Assembly: GCF_006345805.1 (NCBI RefSeq)
Contig: NW_021835437.1
Span: 9,033 to 73,032, forward strand
Direction of reading: 5' to 3'
Origin: Octopus sinensis
Taxonomy: Eukaryota
Length of the DNA: 64,000 nucleotides
Shown: piece by piece, positions 14,756-28,599 of the stretch
Numbering within the stretch: the first letter of the stretch is position 1
Layout: each line of letters starts with the position of its first letter
The notes under the pieces: model-generated
What the model saw: the letters and a program-made list of their open reading frames with translations, nothing else
Databases searched by the model: none
Told to the model about the DNA's origin: nothing
Program-made: the position numbers and the translations under genes

Positions 14756-15467
14756 GTGTGTACACACTTCAAAAGACTTTCGTCCTATTCAGTACAGATG
14801 TGACTTCGGTCCCTTATAGAAATTGAATAACTGGCACTTAGACTCTTAGGAATCGAGTGAACAATGTCCAAAGTACTTAATTTACATTTCTTTCATACTT
14901 AGGGCCTTTGTGCTATTTTATAAAACTATATTCCTGTCATTTTATTGCCGTTTGATAGCTGTTTAGCACAAGTTTGTACAATTGCGCTAATTAATTTAGT
15001 ACGATATCGTATGATAATATTAACAATGTGTAAATTTATTCTGTAGTTATTACCTACTGAAATCATATCAGAGATTTTAAATATCGCTTGGTTATTTTGT
15101 TATTTTCATTGACAGAATACCTGACGTGTTGATTGCGTTGAATTTCTACGTGTAGAATTCGTTGGCTTCGTCTGGCAATTTATTTCTGTAAATGTTGATC
15201 AGTATTTGTCTAACTGAAAAGGTTTCTTTATCTTGAGCTGTATGTGTGTGGAGGAGAAACTAACTGCTTTAGTAAGTTAATACTTTTATCGTTCAAATAC
15301 ATTCTGTGTGTGTGGAAACATGACTGAGATTGATAGTGGATTTGGAAGTCAAGCTAAAAAAATTAAAAATAAAATAAATAAATAAATAAATAAATAAACT
15401 AACAAACAGAATAACTCTTGCTGAAAATAAGTGTGAATATTGAAAGCAAAACTTATAATTTTTCTCG

Positions 15468-15524
<57 letters not shown>

Positions 15525-15635
15525 TGTGTGTGTGTGCGTGTGTATGTATGTATATTCCAAGTGTATATATCTGTGTGTGCGTGTGGGTGCGTGTGCATAT
15601 ATATATACATAAATATATATATACATGGTATATTC

Positions 15636-15700
<65 letters not shown>

Positions 15701-16031
15701 GCACGCGAATACATATACACATACATACACATATTTAGATATGTATACCACAAGAAATTTAAAAGTTATGAAATTTTAATTATAGTTATGCACGGACACT
15801 TATCTATATCTGTATTTATGTATTAATGTATCTCTCTATATATGCGTGAATATGGTCACACATAGGTAGCAGATGGATACATAGATACACACATACACAC
15901 ATACATACATACAAATATACATACATATGAATAACCATACACACAAACAGCACACCACACAGACAAACATGCACACACAAACACAAACACACACGTATAT
16001 ATATACGCATAGGTGTATGTATATATATATA

Positions 16032-16105
<74 letters not shown>

Positions 16106-17370
16106 CCCACAAAACCAAGATCGACATTTCAGTGCATCAGTGTATCTCTGCAATGTGCAGGTGCAAAATATAATTGCTTAACTCTGCAATACCCGCTTAA
16201 ATTTAGTTGCGCTAATCTTCTGACTTGCTCGCACCTCCCCAGCCACTTTTATTACCACCACCAGCACCACCACCCGCCAAATCCAATTCTGCGAACAATA
16301 CTATTTTCAGTGCCATTGTTTTCGTGATTCCTATATTTCCTGGCTTTTATTTATTTTGGTTTCTTCTCTTCTTCTGCTTACGTTTACGGAATTTTCGTCA
16401 ATTATTTATGTGCAGGAAATGGTGCGATGATTTCTTTTGTTTTTGCATTGTTTTATTATTATTATTATTTTGTGGCTTTTTCTTTTTGTTTGTAGGTTAA
16501 CCACATTAGTGTAGCAGACTCCGCTTACTTTGCTATTTCGGCAAAAGAATAATAATTCGAACTTCCTTTTACGATAGAATTCCTTTGTTATATCTCTGGA
16601 AGACGACGACGACGAAGCAGAAGAAGAAGAAGAAGAAGAAGAAGAAGAAGAAGAGAAGAAGAAGCATTATAATGATGGCGATGAGAACAAAATACAACGC
16701 AAAACAAAATGTCTGCTCTAGTTATATTATTCTAAACGTTTCTTTTCATTCTCTTTTTATGAATGTTTCTCTGTTCACATTCGTAACATTATTTCCTATT
16801 TAATTTAGTTTTGTTTTCAATTTTTTTCCCCCAAAACAATATAGTTACTTCTTCGAAAATCGCTTATTTAGAGGTATGTGACTATTTTAAACAGAATTAA
16901 AATATTTCAGGTGTTACATATTGTGTATTTTTAGTTTTACAATTTGCAATATTCTACGAATATTATTATTGGTGTGGCTGTTGTTGTTGTTGTTGATGTT
17001 TTGTTGTTTTTGTTGCTGCTCTTGTCTTTGTTTATGATGATGGTGTTGTTATTATTCATATTCACACAGCAGGTTAGATTGTGGAAAAGAAAATTCCTAA
17101 CACCGAGCTCCAAACGATTAACCTTGGATGTAAAGGACTCTCCTAAGTATTCTAGCTCTCCTTGATAACATTATTTTCTCTGAACTGTATTCTACTTCAT
17201 CCTCTTTACTCTATTATCTGCTGATGTTGTAATAGGATAACAACTGTGATCAGTCGGCATCTTTCCTGAACGAATGTCGGGCGAGGACCCTTTCCCTTAA
17301 ACGTCCAACAGCATATTTGCTGTTACACCAGAGGTTCGACGTAAATTATCGTCTCTCATAAACTGGGGTA

Positions 17371-17783
17371 AGGCAGGAGTTGCTATGTGGTAAGTAGCTT
17401 CCTTACCAACCACATGGTTCTAGGTTCATTCCCACTGCGTGGCACCAGGGCAAGTTTTTTCTACTATAGCCTCGGGCCGACCAAAGACTTGTGAGTGGAT
17501 TTTGTAGGCGGAACCTGAAGGAAGCCCGTCGTATGTATGTATATACGTGTGTGTGTTTGTATGTGTGCGTGTGTTTATGTGTTTGTGTTTGTCCCCCCAA
17601 TATCGCTTGACAACCGATAGTGGTGCGTTTACGTCCCCGTAACTTAGCGGTTCGGCAGAATAGCCCGATAGAATAAGAACTAGGCTTACAAAGAATAAGT
17701 CCTGGAGTCGATTTGCTCGACTAAATGCAGTGCTCCAGCATGGCCGCAGTCAAATGACTGAAGCAAGTAAATTTGAAAGAGTA
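17371..17783 (+). mobile_element. tRNA-derived SINE (family A, full length, internal microsatellite)
   Basis: Head GGCAGGAGTTGCTATGTGGTAAGTAGC, B-box-like motif, body ...GCTCCAGCATGGCCGCAGTCAAATGACTGAA; many homologous copies in the window. Confidence 0.9.
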
Positions 17784-18032
17784 ACGGTCATCAGCATCAT
17801 CACCACATATTATTATATTATTATTATTATTATTATTATATTATCATTATTATCATATATCATCATTATCATCATATCATTATTATTATCATTATTATTA
17901 TATTATTATTATTATATTATTATCATTCATCATTATTATTATTATTATCATCATTATTATTATTATATTATTATCATTATATATTATTATTATTCATATT
18001 ACTATTATTATTATTATTGCTATTATTATTAA

Positions 18033-18150
18033 GGCAGCGAGGTGGGAGAATCGTTAGCACACCGAAGAAGATGCTTAGCAGTATACTGTGAGCATTCATA
18101 TTCTAAGTTCAAATTCCGCCCTGGTCGAAATTGCCTTTCATCTTTTTGAA
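18033..18150 (+). mobile_element. SINE family B, 5' part
   Basis: Homologous to the 7032 copy; follows an (ATT)n tract. Confidence 0.8.
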
Positions 18151-18380
18151 TCTTCTGTATGCCGTATCCATCCGAAATATAAAATATTTATAAGATTGTG
18201 CCCGGCTATGATTTGTTTTCTCTGTGTATTTGTGTGTATTTGTTTGCGGGCGCGGGTGTACCTGCTTTGTTTCTGTATTGATTTTTCAGTGGGAGGGAGT
18301 TTGCATATTGGATCCTTCAATTTGAAAATCTTCAAAGATAATTTCAAAGGTCTACTTGGCAACATCAGTACATACATATA

Positions 18381-18425
<45 letters not shown>

Positions 18426-19024
18426 ACATTGCGAAGTATATTATTATGTAGGAAGATAAACATGTATCTAGATTAAATATTCAAATTTCTGTTGCAATTC
18501 TGCGACTACTGCCCGACCTACGTTTACAATAAATATTCGTACATTTAAAATCCAAACACTCAAAGGAATACTTGCTTGAGCTTCATATATCTAAATGATT
18601 ATCGATTATATATTAATATATATCTATAATCATGGGGTCAATAGCAACAAAGAATAGATCAGTTCCTTTTTCGGAGTGGTTAAAAATACTTCGTTTAGTT
18701 TCGTATATCTAATCGAATGGTCGATATATGATCATGAGGCCAGCAGGAACAAAGGATACGATCCTTTTCTTTTAAGGATTGCTTTTAATCTAAGGTAACT
18801 GAACTTTGTCACTAACGATAGACAGGTCCTCAATAAAAAAGAACGAATAATGTCTTTATCATCGCATTCCATGTCAGAACTGACTCAATAACAAACACAC
18901 ACACCACAAAAATACATGTGACATGAAGCTCTTATTCAATTTTCTGCCAGCGGTTTTATATGCCATATAATATTATATATATACATACACACACATACAC
19001 CATATATACATATATATATATATA

Positions 19025-19084
<60 letters not shown>

Positions 19085-19253
19085 TACAAGATATATATAT
19101 ATATATATTTCTGCATATATATACTATAAATACTTACACACACACGCACGCACACAAACACATGCACAGAAATATCTATCTTATATATATGTGTGGTGTG
19201 TGTGTGTATGTATATATATATATATATTATATATATACGTATACAATACATAT

Positions 19254-19410
19254 ATACGACGGGTTCTTTCAGTTTCCGTCTACCAAATCAATCACAAGGC
19301 TTGGGTCGGCCCGAGGCTATAGTAGAAGACACTTGCCCAAGGTGCCACGCAGTGGGACTGAATCCGGAACCATGTGGTTGGTAAGCAAGCTACTTAGCAC
19401 ACAGCCACTC
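19254..19410 (-). mobile_element. SINE family A, 5' half
   Basis: Reverse complement of the family A head. Confidence 0.9.
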
Positions 19411-19530
19411 CATACATATATATACTAGTTTGAGGAAAAAGTTCGTGCCCTGTGTTAAAATGATGAACTCAATGAACACACACACCACAAAATGCATTAT
19501 TTTAACACGGCGTACGAACTTTTTCCTCCA

Positions 19531-19568
<38 letters not shown>

Positions 19569-19810
19569 TTTCAAATCTTTTACTTGTTGCGGCCATTGGG
19601 TTGATCCCAAACTGTGGCACCATCTTGAGTGTTCGGTTTTATCGAATCAAATCGTGTCTCGTACTTATTCCTTTCTTTTTCCTTGTCAAGATTGATAGGT
19701 AGAAAGATATCGAAAGACAGAAAGAGAGATATCGAAAGAAAGAGGCAAAATCATACTATATATATACACCTTTGCGTGTGTGTGTGTATGTGCGTGTGTG
19801 TGTGTGTGTA

Positions 19811-19853
<43 letters not shown>

Positions 19854-20495
19854 GTGTGCGTGTACCCACGTTATACGCACCTTATCATATATATGCTTAT
19901 CTGTCTTTTCTATCAATGATTATTTGCGAGTGAACACACACACATATATCTATGTGTGCATGCGGATCTCTGTCAATCTATGGCGGCGTCGAGTTTTCGG
20001 CAACGTGCGGGAGTTTGTCCGTCTGCTGTGTGTGCGTGCTCTGTGTCGTTTAGAACTCTATTTACTTCGACTACAACCAAATTGCTCACAGTTTTCCAAT
20101 ATTTAATCAATCTTCTACGGACTTTGCTACATGGACAATACTTCGTTTGGCGACTTCATCACCGCAACTCTACACAATCACAAATCAAATTAGCCAAATA
20201 GTTTCGCTTTTATTTTAACTTATACTTTACGCATTTGTTGCATTTATTATTAGTTTTATTCTATTTTATATTTGTATTATTTGGTTTTCAGTCGGATGCT
20301 TCCCATAGGAAATCAGAGAACGGCACCAATTTTTTGATTATCAGCTGATCAACGGAACAAACGGCGGATCTGTTTCCTACTCACACGCACGCACACACAC
20401 ACACATATATGTATATATACTCATATAATTGTGCATATGTGTATATATATAATAGTGTGTGTGTATGTGTGTATGTGTGTTTGTGTATAGGTCTG

Positions 20496-20536
<41 letters not shown>

Positions 20537-20759
20537 GCAACTAAGCAAAGTGTTGTAGATTGATCAATGAAAGAGCAAACTCCATACAGCTATTGAGCAT
20601 CCATTTTATTCTAGTAGAATGCACTACGAAAGCATCTTCATCAGGGGCCAAAATTCCTCCAACTGTGGTACTTTGATTAACAAACAGAATTGTTTTTCTA
20701 TCTTTTTCCTCTGTGTTATATCGGTTTATACGTTCCTTTGCTAATGTTTCAAAGTTAAA

Positions 20760-20925
20760 TCGGTGTGCTATCAGAGTCCTTACTGCGTCGGGTAAAATAT
20801 ATAACGGCCTCTCTTCTTGACTGTTCGCTCTGTGTTCAAGTGCCGCCGATGCCGACTCTGCTTTTTATGTTTCTATGTTCGATAAAATAAGTACCAGCTG
20901 AGTACTGGGGTCGTTGTAATTGACA
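20760..20925 (+). mobile_element. Old SINE family B copy
   Basis: tgttcaagtgccgccgatgccgactctgc...gataaaataagtaccagctgagtactggggtcg matches the family B body. Confidence 0.7.
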
Positions 20926-21388
20926 AATAACACTGCAGTTATTTCCATTGGTTCCATAGTTTTGTCGGTGCGCAGAAAGTTGTTAATTAATCTTTTTCCC
21001 AAAGAACGTGTGAATGCATAAGTGTTTATTTCTTTTTTATTCTGTTTGTATCCGTTAGCAAGGCTTGTAGAGGATCGCTTGAAGCTATATATTAGACCGC
21101 AAATATTTAACAGAGCCCCTTCTCCATTCCCTCCTGGAATTATCCGTGGAAAAAGAGTGCCTGAAAGCATACCATTTACATCTGGAAAATAAAAATTCCT
21201 TTGGAGGCGTCTTGTGTGTGTGAAGGCGTAAATCTACGACGAGTGCGATGTATTTCTGCTATGAGATAAGAAAACGATTGCTAAAATTGACAGTGAATAC
21301 TCACACATATTATGTGTGTACGCAATCTCTCACACTCACAGACAGTCACTTACGCACACACAGACCTATAAAAATACATAACCACACA

Positions 21389-21483
<95 letters not shown>

Positions 21484-21540
21484 GTGAGTGCGTGTGTGTG
21501 TGTGCATGTATATATACTTATCATAAACAATTGAAGAACT

Positions 21541-21595
21541 GGTATCAATCTATTACGGCCGTTTCTAACGATTTTTTAATTGATAAATGAGTACA
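21541..21595 (-). ncRNA. 3' half of a long-stem-II hammerhead, truncated at the LINE 3' end
   Basis: Minus strand tcaattaaa...GAAACGGCCGTA..attgatacc, homologous to the 24319, 26777 and 29966 copies. Confidence 0.6.
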
Positions 21596-22647
21596 TTATA
21601 TTATTATCATAAATACAATGGGATCGTGGAAAAAAGGCCGATCAATGGGGATCGTGTATCACAAAAACGTCATAGTGTAAATAGGGGAAACAGATTAGGT
21701 TCATCCGTGGAAAGAAAAGCCTACAGAAAAGACCACGGTAACTTTGGGCAATTATGTCATGCAAAAAAACACATTACAGTACGTGACTCTCCTTTTTCCT
21801 TTCCTTTTTTTGTCTCATAGGATTATGCTCAAGGTGGCTCCATCATTCACACGTGCCATCCTTGCTACATTCACCCATCTTTTTTTAAAACATTCACTAG
21901 ACAAAACTTCCCTCTCTACTCTCACTTTCCTCTTCAAGTGATACTTGAAGAAGTTGATAATAGACTGACCAGAGAGGAAAGTGTTTCTCTCTTGACCTTT
22001 CAGACGCGTCCACCAGATACATTCTTTGGCCATAGCCACAAGTACGATGAAATTGGCTCTTCCTTCCCGTTTCAAGGAAGGAGGCGCAACCATATTCACG
22101 ATAGACTCGGTCGATAAACTGACTCGACCCACACGGGATAACAGTCGTTCGATATAGGCCCAAATGTCGAAAACTATTGGACACTGTACGAGTGTGTGCA
22201 GAACGGTTTCGTCGCTCTGACCGCATCTCTGGCAGGTCGATCCCGTGTTTCTGGATCTATGCCTATAGAGCTTATCCCGAACGGGTAGCGCTTCTCGATT
22301 GCACTGCCAGGCCAGGGATCTCTGGAAATTGTCGATAGGTCCCGGCCTGAAAATCTTCTTGAACAGGCGGGTCAGGTATTCCTCGTCAATGCCCAGGTTC
22401 ACACCGGCATTGTCGTCGTACCTCCCCTCCACTAATCCCCTACAGAATGCTTTGGTTGTGTTGCTGTCGCTCAAGGTCGACTCGGGATGGTATAGTTGTT
22501 CGAGAGCAACGCAACACTCTCGCTGCCTTTCGTCCTTCCTCGGCCTCTTTTTGATCCACGACTGCAGTTCGGTCATGGAGACGAGCAGTGGGAAAGGGCG
22601 CTTCACAAACGGCGACCACACCTGTCCACCGTCGTCTTCGTAGAGCC

Positions 22648-22648
<1 letters not shown>
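21596..22648 (-). mobile_element. 5'-truncated Tx1/L1-clade LINE (ORF2 C-terminus with zf-RVT, plus 3' UTR)
   Basis: Open frame 22648-21815: LAWQCNREALPVRDKL...CQRCGQSDETVLHTLVQCP..IW..KECIWWTR (zf-RVT CxxC...H...C); GC-rich relative to the flanks. Confidence 0.88.
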
Positions 22649-22710
<62 letters not shown>

Positions 22711-23048
22711 GGACAGAGAGACAGAGACAGTCAGACAGAGACAGATAGACAGACAGAGACAGACAGACAGGCGGGCAGACAAAGAGACAGACAGACAGAT
22801 AGACAGGCAGATGGATAGATAGATAGTTATATAGATAGGCAGACAGACAGACAGACAGACAAGCAGGCACACAGTCAGACAGATAGATAGATAGATAGAT
22901 AGACAGCAGACAGACAGACAGACAGACAGACAGACAGGCAGGCAGGCAGGCAGGCAGACAGGCAGACAAACAGACAGACAGATAGATAGACAGACAGACA
23001 GGTGACAGACAGATATATAGATATCCAGCTAGATAGATAGATAGATAG
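22649..23048. repeat. (GATA)n/(GACA)n microsatellite
   Basis: Direct reading; explains the spurious N-terminus of the 443-aa ORF. Confidence 0.95.
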
Positions 23049-23803
23049 AGTGGATCTTTATAATTCATTGTCTTCGGTGTTGTGCAGTAAAATCCCACTG
23101 AATCATTTCCTGAACGATTTGCAAAACAGATACATTCACGCCACAATATAGTTCCTCGTACATACTATGACCTTGTATCTGTAAACTGCGTTATAAGGTG
23201 GTAGGATTTGACTAGCCACATCGAGGCTGAGACAAGGGTTAACAAGATCAACGGAGCTTACAATAATAAAAGCAATTTAAACTGTAAAAAATACTTTAAA
23301 AATATCTAACACCAGACAAAAAGGCCACGGCATTTCAAGAAGACTCAAAGAAGCCTGACGTCAACAATAAACAAACATTAAATGTAACCAGTATTGAATG
23401 AAAATCAGACAGACATATGAATCCCTCTACGTCTTTGCCTACAATAAAAACGGTCATAACAATCGCCATTATTATTGTATCCTCCACGAGATAAAATATA
23501 ATGAAAAAAGGGTCAGGCATCATCAATGGTAAATCGTAAGTTTATTGTAACAATCATAATATAAAAAATTAATTAGAAGCGGACGAAAGTGTATGGAATG
23601 GGAAAATAATGAAATAAAAATTCAAGCTGGTCCCATATTTCCCAATAATGTAACGATTATGAGAAAATCTGTTCCTAATCAAGAGAGTAGTATGTGTCTG
23701 CGGGTGTGTATGGGCACGTGCACGTGTATTTACATGTATATGAATATATATATATATATATATATATGAAAAAACAAGTCAAAAACAAGTTCCTTTTCAA
23801 CCC

Positions 23804-23870
<67 letters not shown>

Positions 23871-24097
23871 ATATATACGTATATCCATATAGGATTAAAA
23901 CATATAATACATATTTATTCATATGCGCATATTCCTTATTTGTCTACATGCATATATATGAGTGTTTATATAATGTGTTTATGCATGTGTATATACAAAT
24001 ATACATACATATACCTATACATATATACACATACATATATATATAGATGTGTATATATATATATAAATATATATATAATATAATATAACATATATAT

Positions 24098-24141
<44 letters not shown>

Positions 24142-24182
24142 TAGAAATATGTTTTGAAAAAAAATATAAAATACAACCCTAG

Positions 24183-24248
<66 letters not shown>

Positions 24249-24318
24249 ATAATATATGCATGTATGTATAATGCCTATAAATCGTTTATACCTTATGTTG
24301 GAATTTTATATGATCATC

Positions 24319-24398
24319 TGCGTCTGAGGAGAGTGCTTTCTTTCAAACTGGTGTAGTATTTTCACTATAATGTGGCCGCTTGAAGCGGCCGTAACTCA
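24319..24398 (+). ncRNA. Mutated type I hammerhead (long stem II family)
   Basis: TGCGT-CTGAGGA-GAGTG...CGCTT-GAAG-CGGCCG-TA-ACTCA; GAAA changed to GAAG and one stem I mismatch. Confidence 0.65.
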
Positions 24399-24447
24399 TT
24401 GATACCTGGACGTCCTTGTTACGTATTCGTATTATATATATATATAG

Positions 24448-24478
<31 letters not shown>

Positions 24479-24484
24479 ATATAT

Positions 24485-24600
24485 GAGAGGGGAATATATT
24501 GATTAAAGTCATAATTAACTGATCCTCTTGTATATTCGTTTACCCAAATCTAGGATTTCTTCAGCTCCTGATGTATATCACTTCTCTGTCGATAAATATA
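24485..24600 (-). mobile_element. Probable PLE terminus with a degenerate hammerhead
   Basis: Minus strand CTGAAGA-AATCCTAGATTTGGGT-AAAC (core G missing), running into (TA)n. Confidence 0.4.
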
Positions 24601-25374
24601 TATTTGTGCGTGTGTCTGTGTGTGCATGTGCATTTATATATGTATGTATGTATGTATGTATTTATGTATGTATGAAAATATACATACACATTTATACAGT
24701 GCCTTTTAGATCACAAAATTACTACGGAAGTATTCAACTTGACGGCCATACAATGTTGCCTACGTTTCGAGTAGAATAATTCTTTTGATACTAAAGATGA
24801 AAGTTGGATCGTCGTTTAATTCTCAGCAAAACTCAGGTACACATCCCGCCGCTACTGTTTTTGATCGAGTGTTAAGACATTTAACACAAACTTGGCATCA
24901 ACTTGACGTTCTTTTAAGTTTGCCGGAAATATAAATACACAGATACGAATATATATATATGTGTGTATGTGTGTGTGTGTGTGTGTGTGTGTTGCGTGTG
25001 CATGAGTGAGTGAGTGTTTTCATTTATATATTTATATATTTATATATATATATTTAAGTATATATGTATGTACATATATACATATATATATATATATACA
25101 TACCAGGAGCAAGTATTCAGGATTGTATATTTACATAGATATTAATATTGTTATTACTATCGAAGCCAAAATAAATAGTTAATAATAACACCAAAATTTA
25201 TATAGGTGTTTTCAGGCCTAAACTGGCATTGTATAGCTGTAGAATTAAAATTATATCAGTGATAAGGACGAGTACTCTTGAATTTGTTATTGTTTTCAGT
25301 GTTATTTCGGTGGTTTAAACGAGGAGTTTAGCTCTCATTTCTAGCATGTAGACGTATGTGCACGTCCTTATGAT

Positions 25375-26011
25375 ATACATACATACATACATTCCTACAT
25401 ACATACATACATACGTACATACATACATACATACATACATACATACGTACATACATACATACATACATACATACATACATACATACATACATACATACAT
25501 GCATACATACATACATACATACATACATACATGCATACATACATACATACATACATACATACATACACACATACATACATACATACACACATACATGCAT
25601 ACATACATACATACATACACTAATACATGCATACATACATACATACATGCATACATACATACATACATACATACATACATACATACATACATGCATGCAT
25701 ACATACATACATACATACATACATACATACATACATACATACATACATACATACATACATGCATACATACATACATACACACATACATACACACATACAT
25801 GCATACATACATACATACATACATACATACATACATACATACACACATACATGCATACATACATACATACATACATACACACATACATGCATACATACAT
25901 ACATACATACATACATACATACATACATGCATACATACATACATACATACATACATACATACATACATACATACACACATACATGCATACATACATACAT
26001 ACATACATACA

Positions 26012-26041
<30 letters not shown>
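25375..26041. repeat. ~670 bp (TACA)n microsatellite with TGCA/CACA variants
   Basis: Direct reading. Confidence 0.97.
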
Positions 26042-26042
<1 letters not shown>

Positions 26043-26776
26043 TATTTATGCACACACTTATATATTCAAGTATGTGTATGTGGTTTGTTTTCCTCTCTAA
26101 TTTCGAGTTTATTTTGACCGTCCCCAGTTTGGTTGCCTAGGAAGATTCATGGTTCCAGTACAATGGGGGATGGGGTCTAGGAAAATGGTTCAAACTTTTT
26201 AGAGAGCACCGACGACTTTTCACCAAGGCCACATTCCTAGCGCTCCCACCCCGACTAACCATCACATACATAGGCCTCTTTCTGAAGCAAATTCGAAGCA
26301 ACTGTATTGCACAAATAAAACTTAAACTAATAAACCCATTATTTTCTTGCTTTTACATGAAACTCCCCTCCATCATCAACCCACTTTTCTTCAACACGCC
26401 CTTTGTACTTTCCACCGGCCCCAGGCTCTACAATACCACCCACTTTGTGAACTTATAGTCTAGGAGATTGTCTGACAATAATTGATTTATTACATTCAAC
26501 TAAAATACAATTAAACGAATCCCAATGGATTTAATTCTAAATAGTTGAAGAGTACGTGCTAAATAAAATCTAAATATAAACAACTACATCAGCGTTTCTA
26601 TATTTTAACCCCATGATTTTCCTCTGCTACTCTCTATATTATACTAGGCTTAATAAGATATGCATTCTGCCACGGATATAACATAACAAAGTAATTATTT
26701 TGGTTTCTATCACTGATGTAAATTTGTTTAAAATGCTGTCTTTTATGCTTGTAATTTATATGGTTATTTAAACATA

Positions 26777-26880
26777 CCGGTTTCTTTTAAATTGATGTAA
26801 TGCTTACATTAATCAATTAAATGGAGCCGCTTGAAACGGCCGAATGTATTGACACCTGTACATGATTGTTACTTATTTAC
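26777..26880 (+). ncRNA. Truncated long-stem-II hammerhead copy (no CUGANGA)
   Basis: cggtttc..aaattgatgtaatg..tcaattaaatggagccg-ctt-GAAACGGCCG, homologous to 29966. Confidence 0.6.
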
Positions 26881-26924
26881 ATTCTGTGTGTGTGTGCTTG
26901 TGCATGCGTATGTGTGTGTGTATC

Positions 26925-27137
26925 TCGGTCCGTCCCCCCACCCAGCCTCTGACAGTCAATGTTGGTTTGTTTAAGTCCACGTAACATAGCGGTTCGGCAA
27001 AAGACACCGATAGATACTGGGCTTACAGATAAGAATATGTTCTGGGGTTGAATTCAACTAAAGGCAGTGTTCCAGCATGGCCGCAGCGAAACGACTGAAA
27101 CAAGTGAAATAATAAATGAATAAAAGAATAAAGAATA
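26925..27137 (+). mobile_element. SINE family A, 3' half
   Basis: gtaacatagcggttcggcaaaaga...ccagcatggccgcag with an A-rich tail. Confidence 0.85.
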
Positions 27138-27173
27138 TATGTGTGTATGTATATATACATATATATATGTATA

Positions 27174-27226
<53 letters not shown>

Positions 27227-28599
27227 ATATATATATATATATATAACACCAAAAACACATGTATATATACACACAGACACCCACACACAAACATGCATGA
27301 AGTATGTATGTATGTGAGTATTTTTCCATTTATCTGTGTATGTATCTATGCGTATCGCTTGCCTACGTATGTGTGTCTGTATGTTTGTATGTATGTGTGA
27401 ATATAAGTTTATGCTAATGTATTATATATACAAATTACTGTAAAAGATAACTGTTAATACACACATCGTTCAATAAGATCGATTTTCAATCACATGGACA
27501 TGGCTATGAACCAATTTCACTGCAAAATATTTCTTTCGGCGTCGAGTAAAATCTAGTTCGTTTCTAATGAGTTGCGTTTCGGGTAGGTTAACCCTGTGGA
27601 ATAGCGTCGGAATGTCTGTAATTAGGAAATTATATATTGTGTCACGCAGAAATTACTCAAGGTTTGCATTATAAAAGTACAAATGTTTTGCTTCCTTTTA
27701 TTTTTTATTTTTATTATTTTTGTTTTTTTTCTTTAGAACAGCAAGCCACTTACATCATGAAAACATTGAGAAAGTGGTTCATATAATCGAACAGAACTCG
27801 ATCATTCAAGGCTACAAATCGATGTCAGTTCCATTTGCTGTAATAACTTTCGATTATGCGTGTGCGCGTGTGTACATATGTGTGTGAGTCTGTGTTGAAA
27901 AAAACTATCTATATTTCTGTGTGTGTGAGTGAAATTGTGGAAGGGAAACATCAAGTACGTGCCTATAGCATTTACCTGCTGATGCCAGTATGGATGCGTG
28001 GATGCATGCATGGGTGTATGGTATCACTTCCTGACTGGTTTTCGCCGTGATTTTCGATTCCTCTTTCAATTTTTTCTTACATTAGCATAATTTTACTGCC
28101 TCGTGCATATTCATGAATGAACACAGTGTCATTCATCCTAATGTTCATTCTAACAATGCACTAAGCGCAACATTATATAATTATATAATATATATTATAT
28201 ATATATATATATATTATATAGGGAGAGAGAGATACATATTGTGTATATATATATATATATATTATATATTATAATATATATATATAGGGAGAGAGAGATA
28301 CATTATGTGTATATTTATATATATATATCATAAGGAGAGAGATACATATATATATACATATGTAATAAGCACATATATACATACTCATATATATAGGTAT
28401 GTATATATATATATAAATATATATCGATATATATATATATATATACATATATACAAATATATGTATGTGTATGTACGTTTTTGTGTTATTTCCTGAGTTT
28501 TCGTCTGTTACTGGCGAATTTAGAGCATTTGATCTTTTTCAAAGGTATGAAATGTTCTGCTACAGAACCGTCTTGGATCTGCGTCAAAGTGGAACGCGA

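Noticed and set aside
21815-23146. 443-aa ORF as a host gene
   Set aside because: It is a chimera of a (TATC/TGTC)n translation and a truncated Tx1 ORF2.
25315-26140. Long MYVC/HTYI ORFs, and similar YI, CV and poly-I ORFs throughout the window
   Set aside because: These are stop-free translations of microsatellites.
26125-26462. hAT-type MITE
   Set aside because: Only one terminus vaguely resembles a TIR; no matching TIR pair or 8-bp TSD was found.
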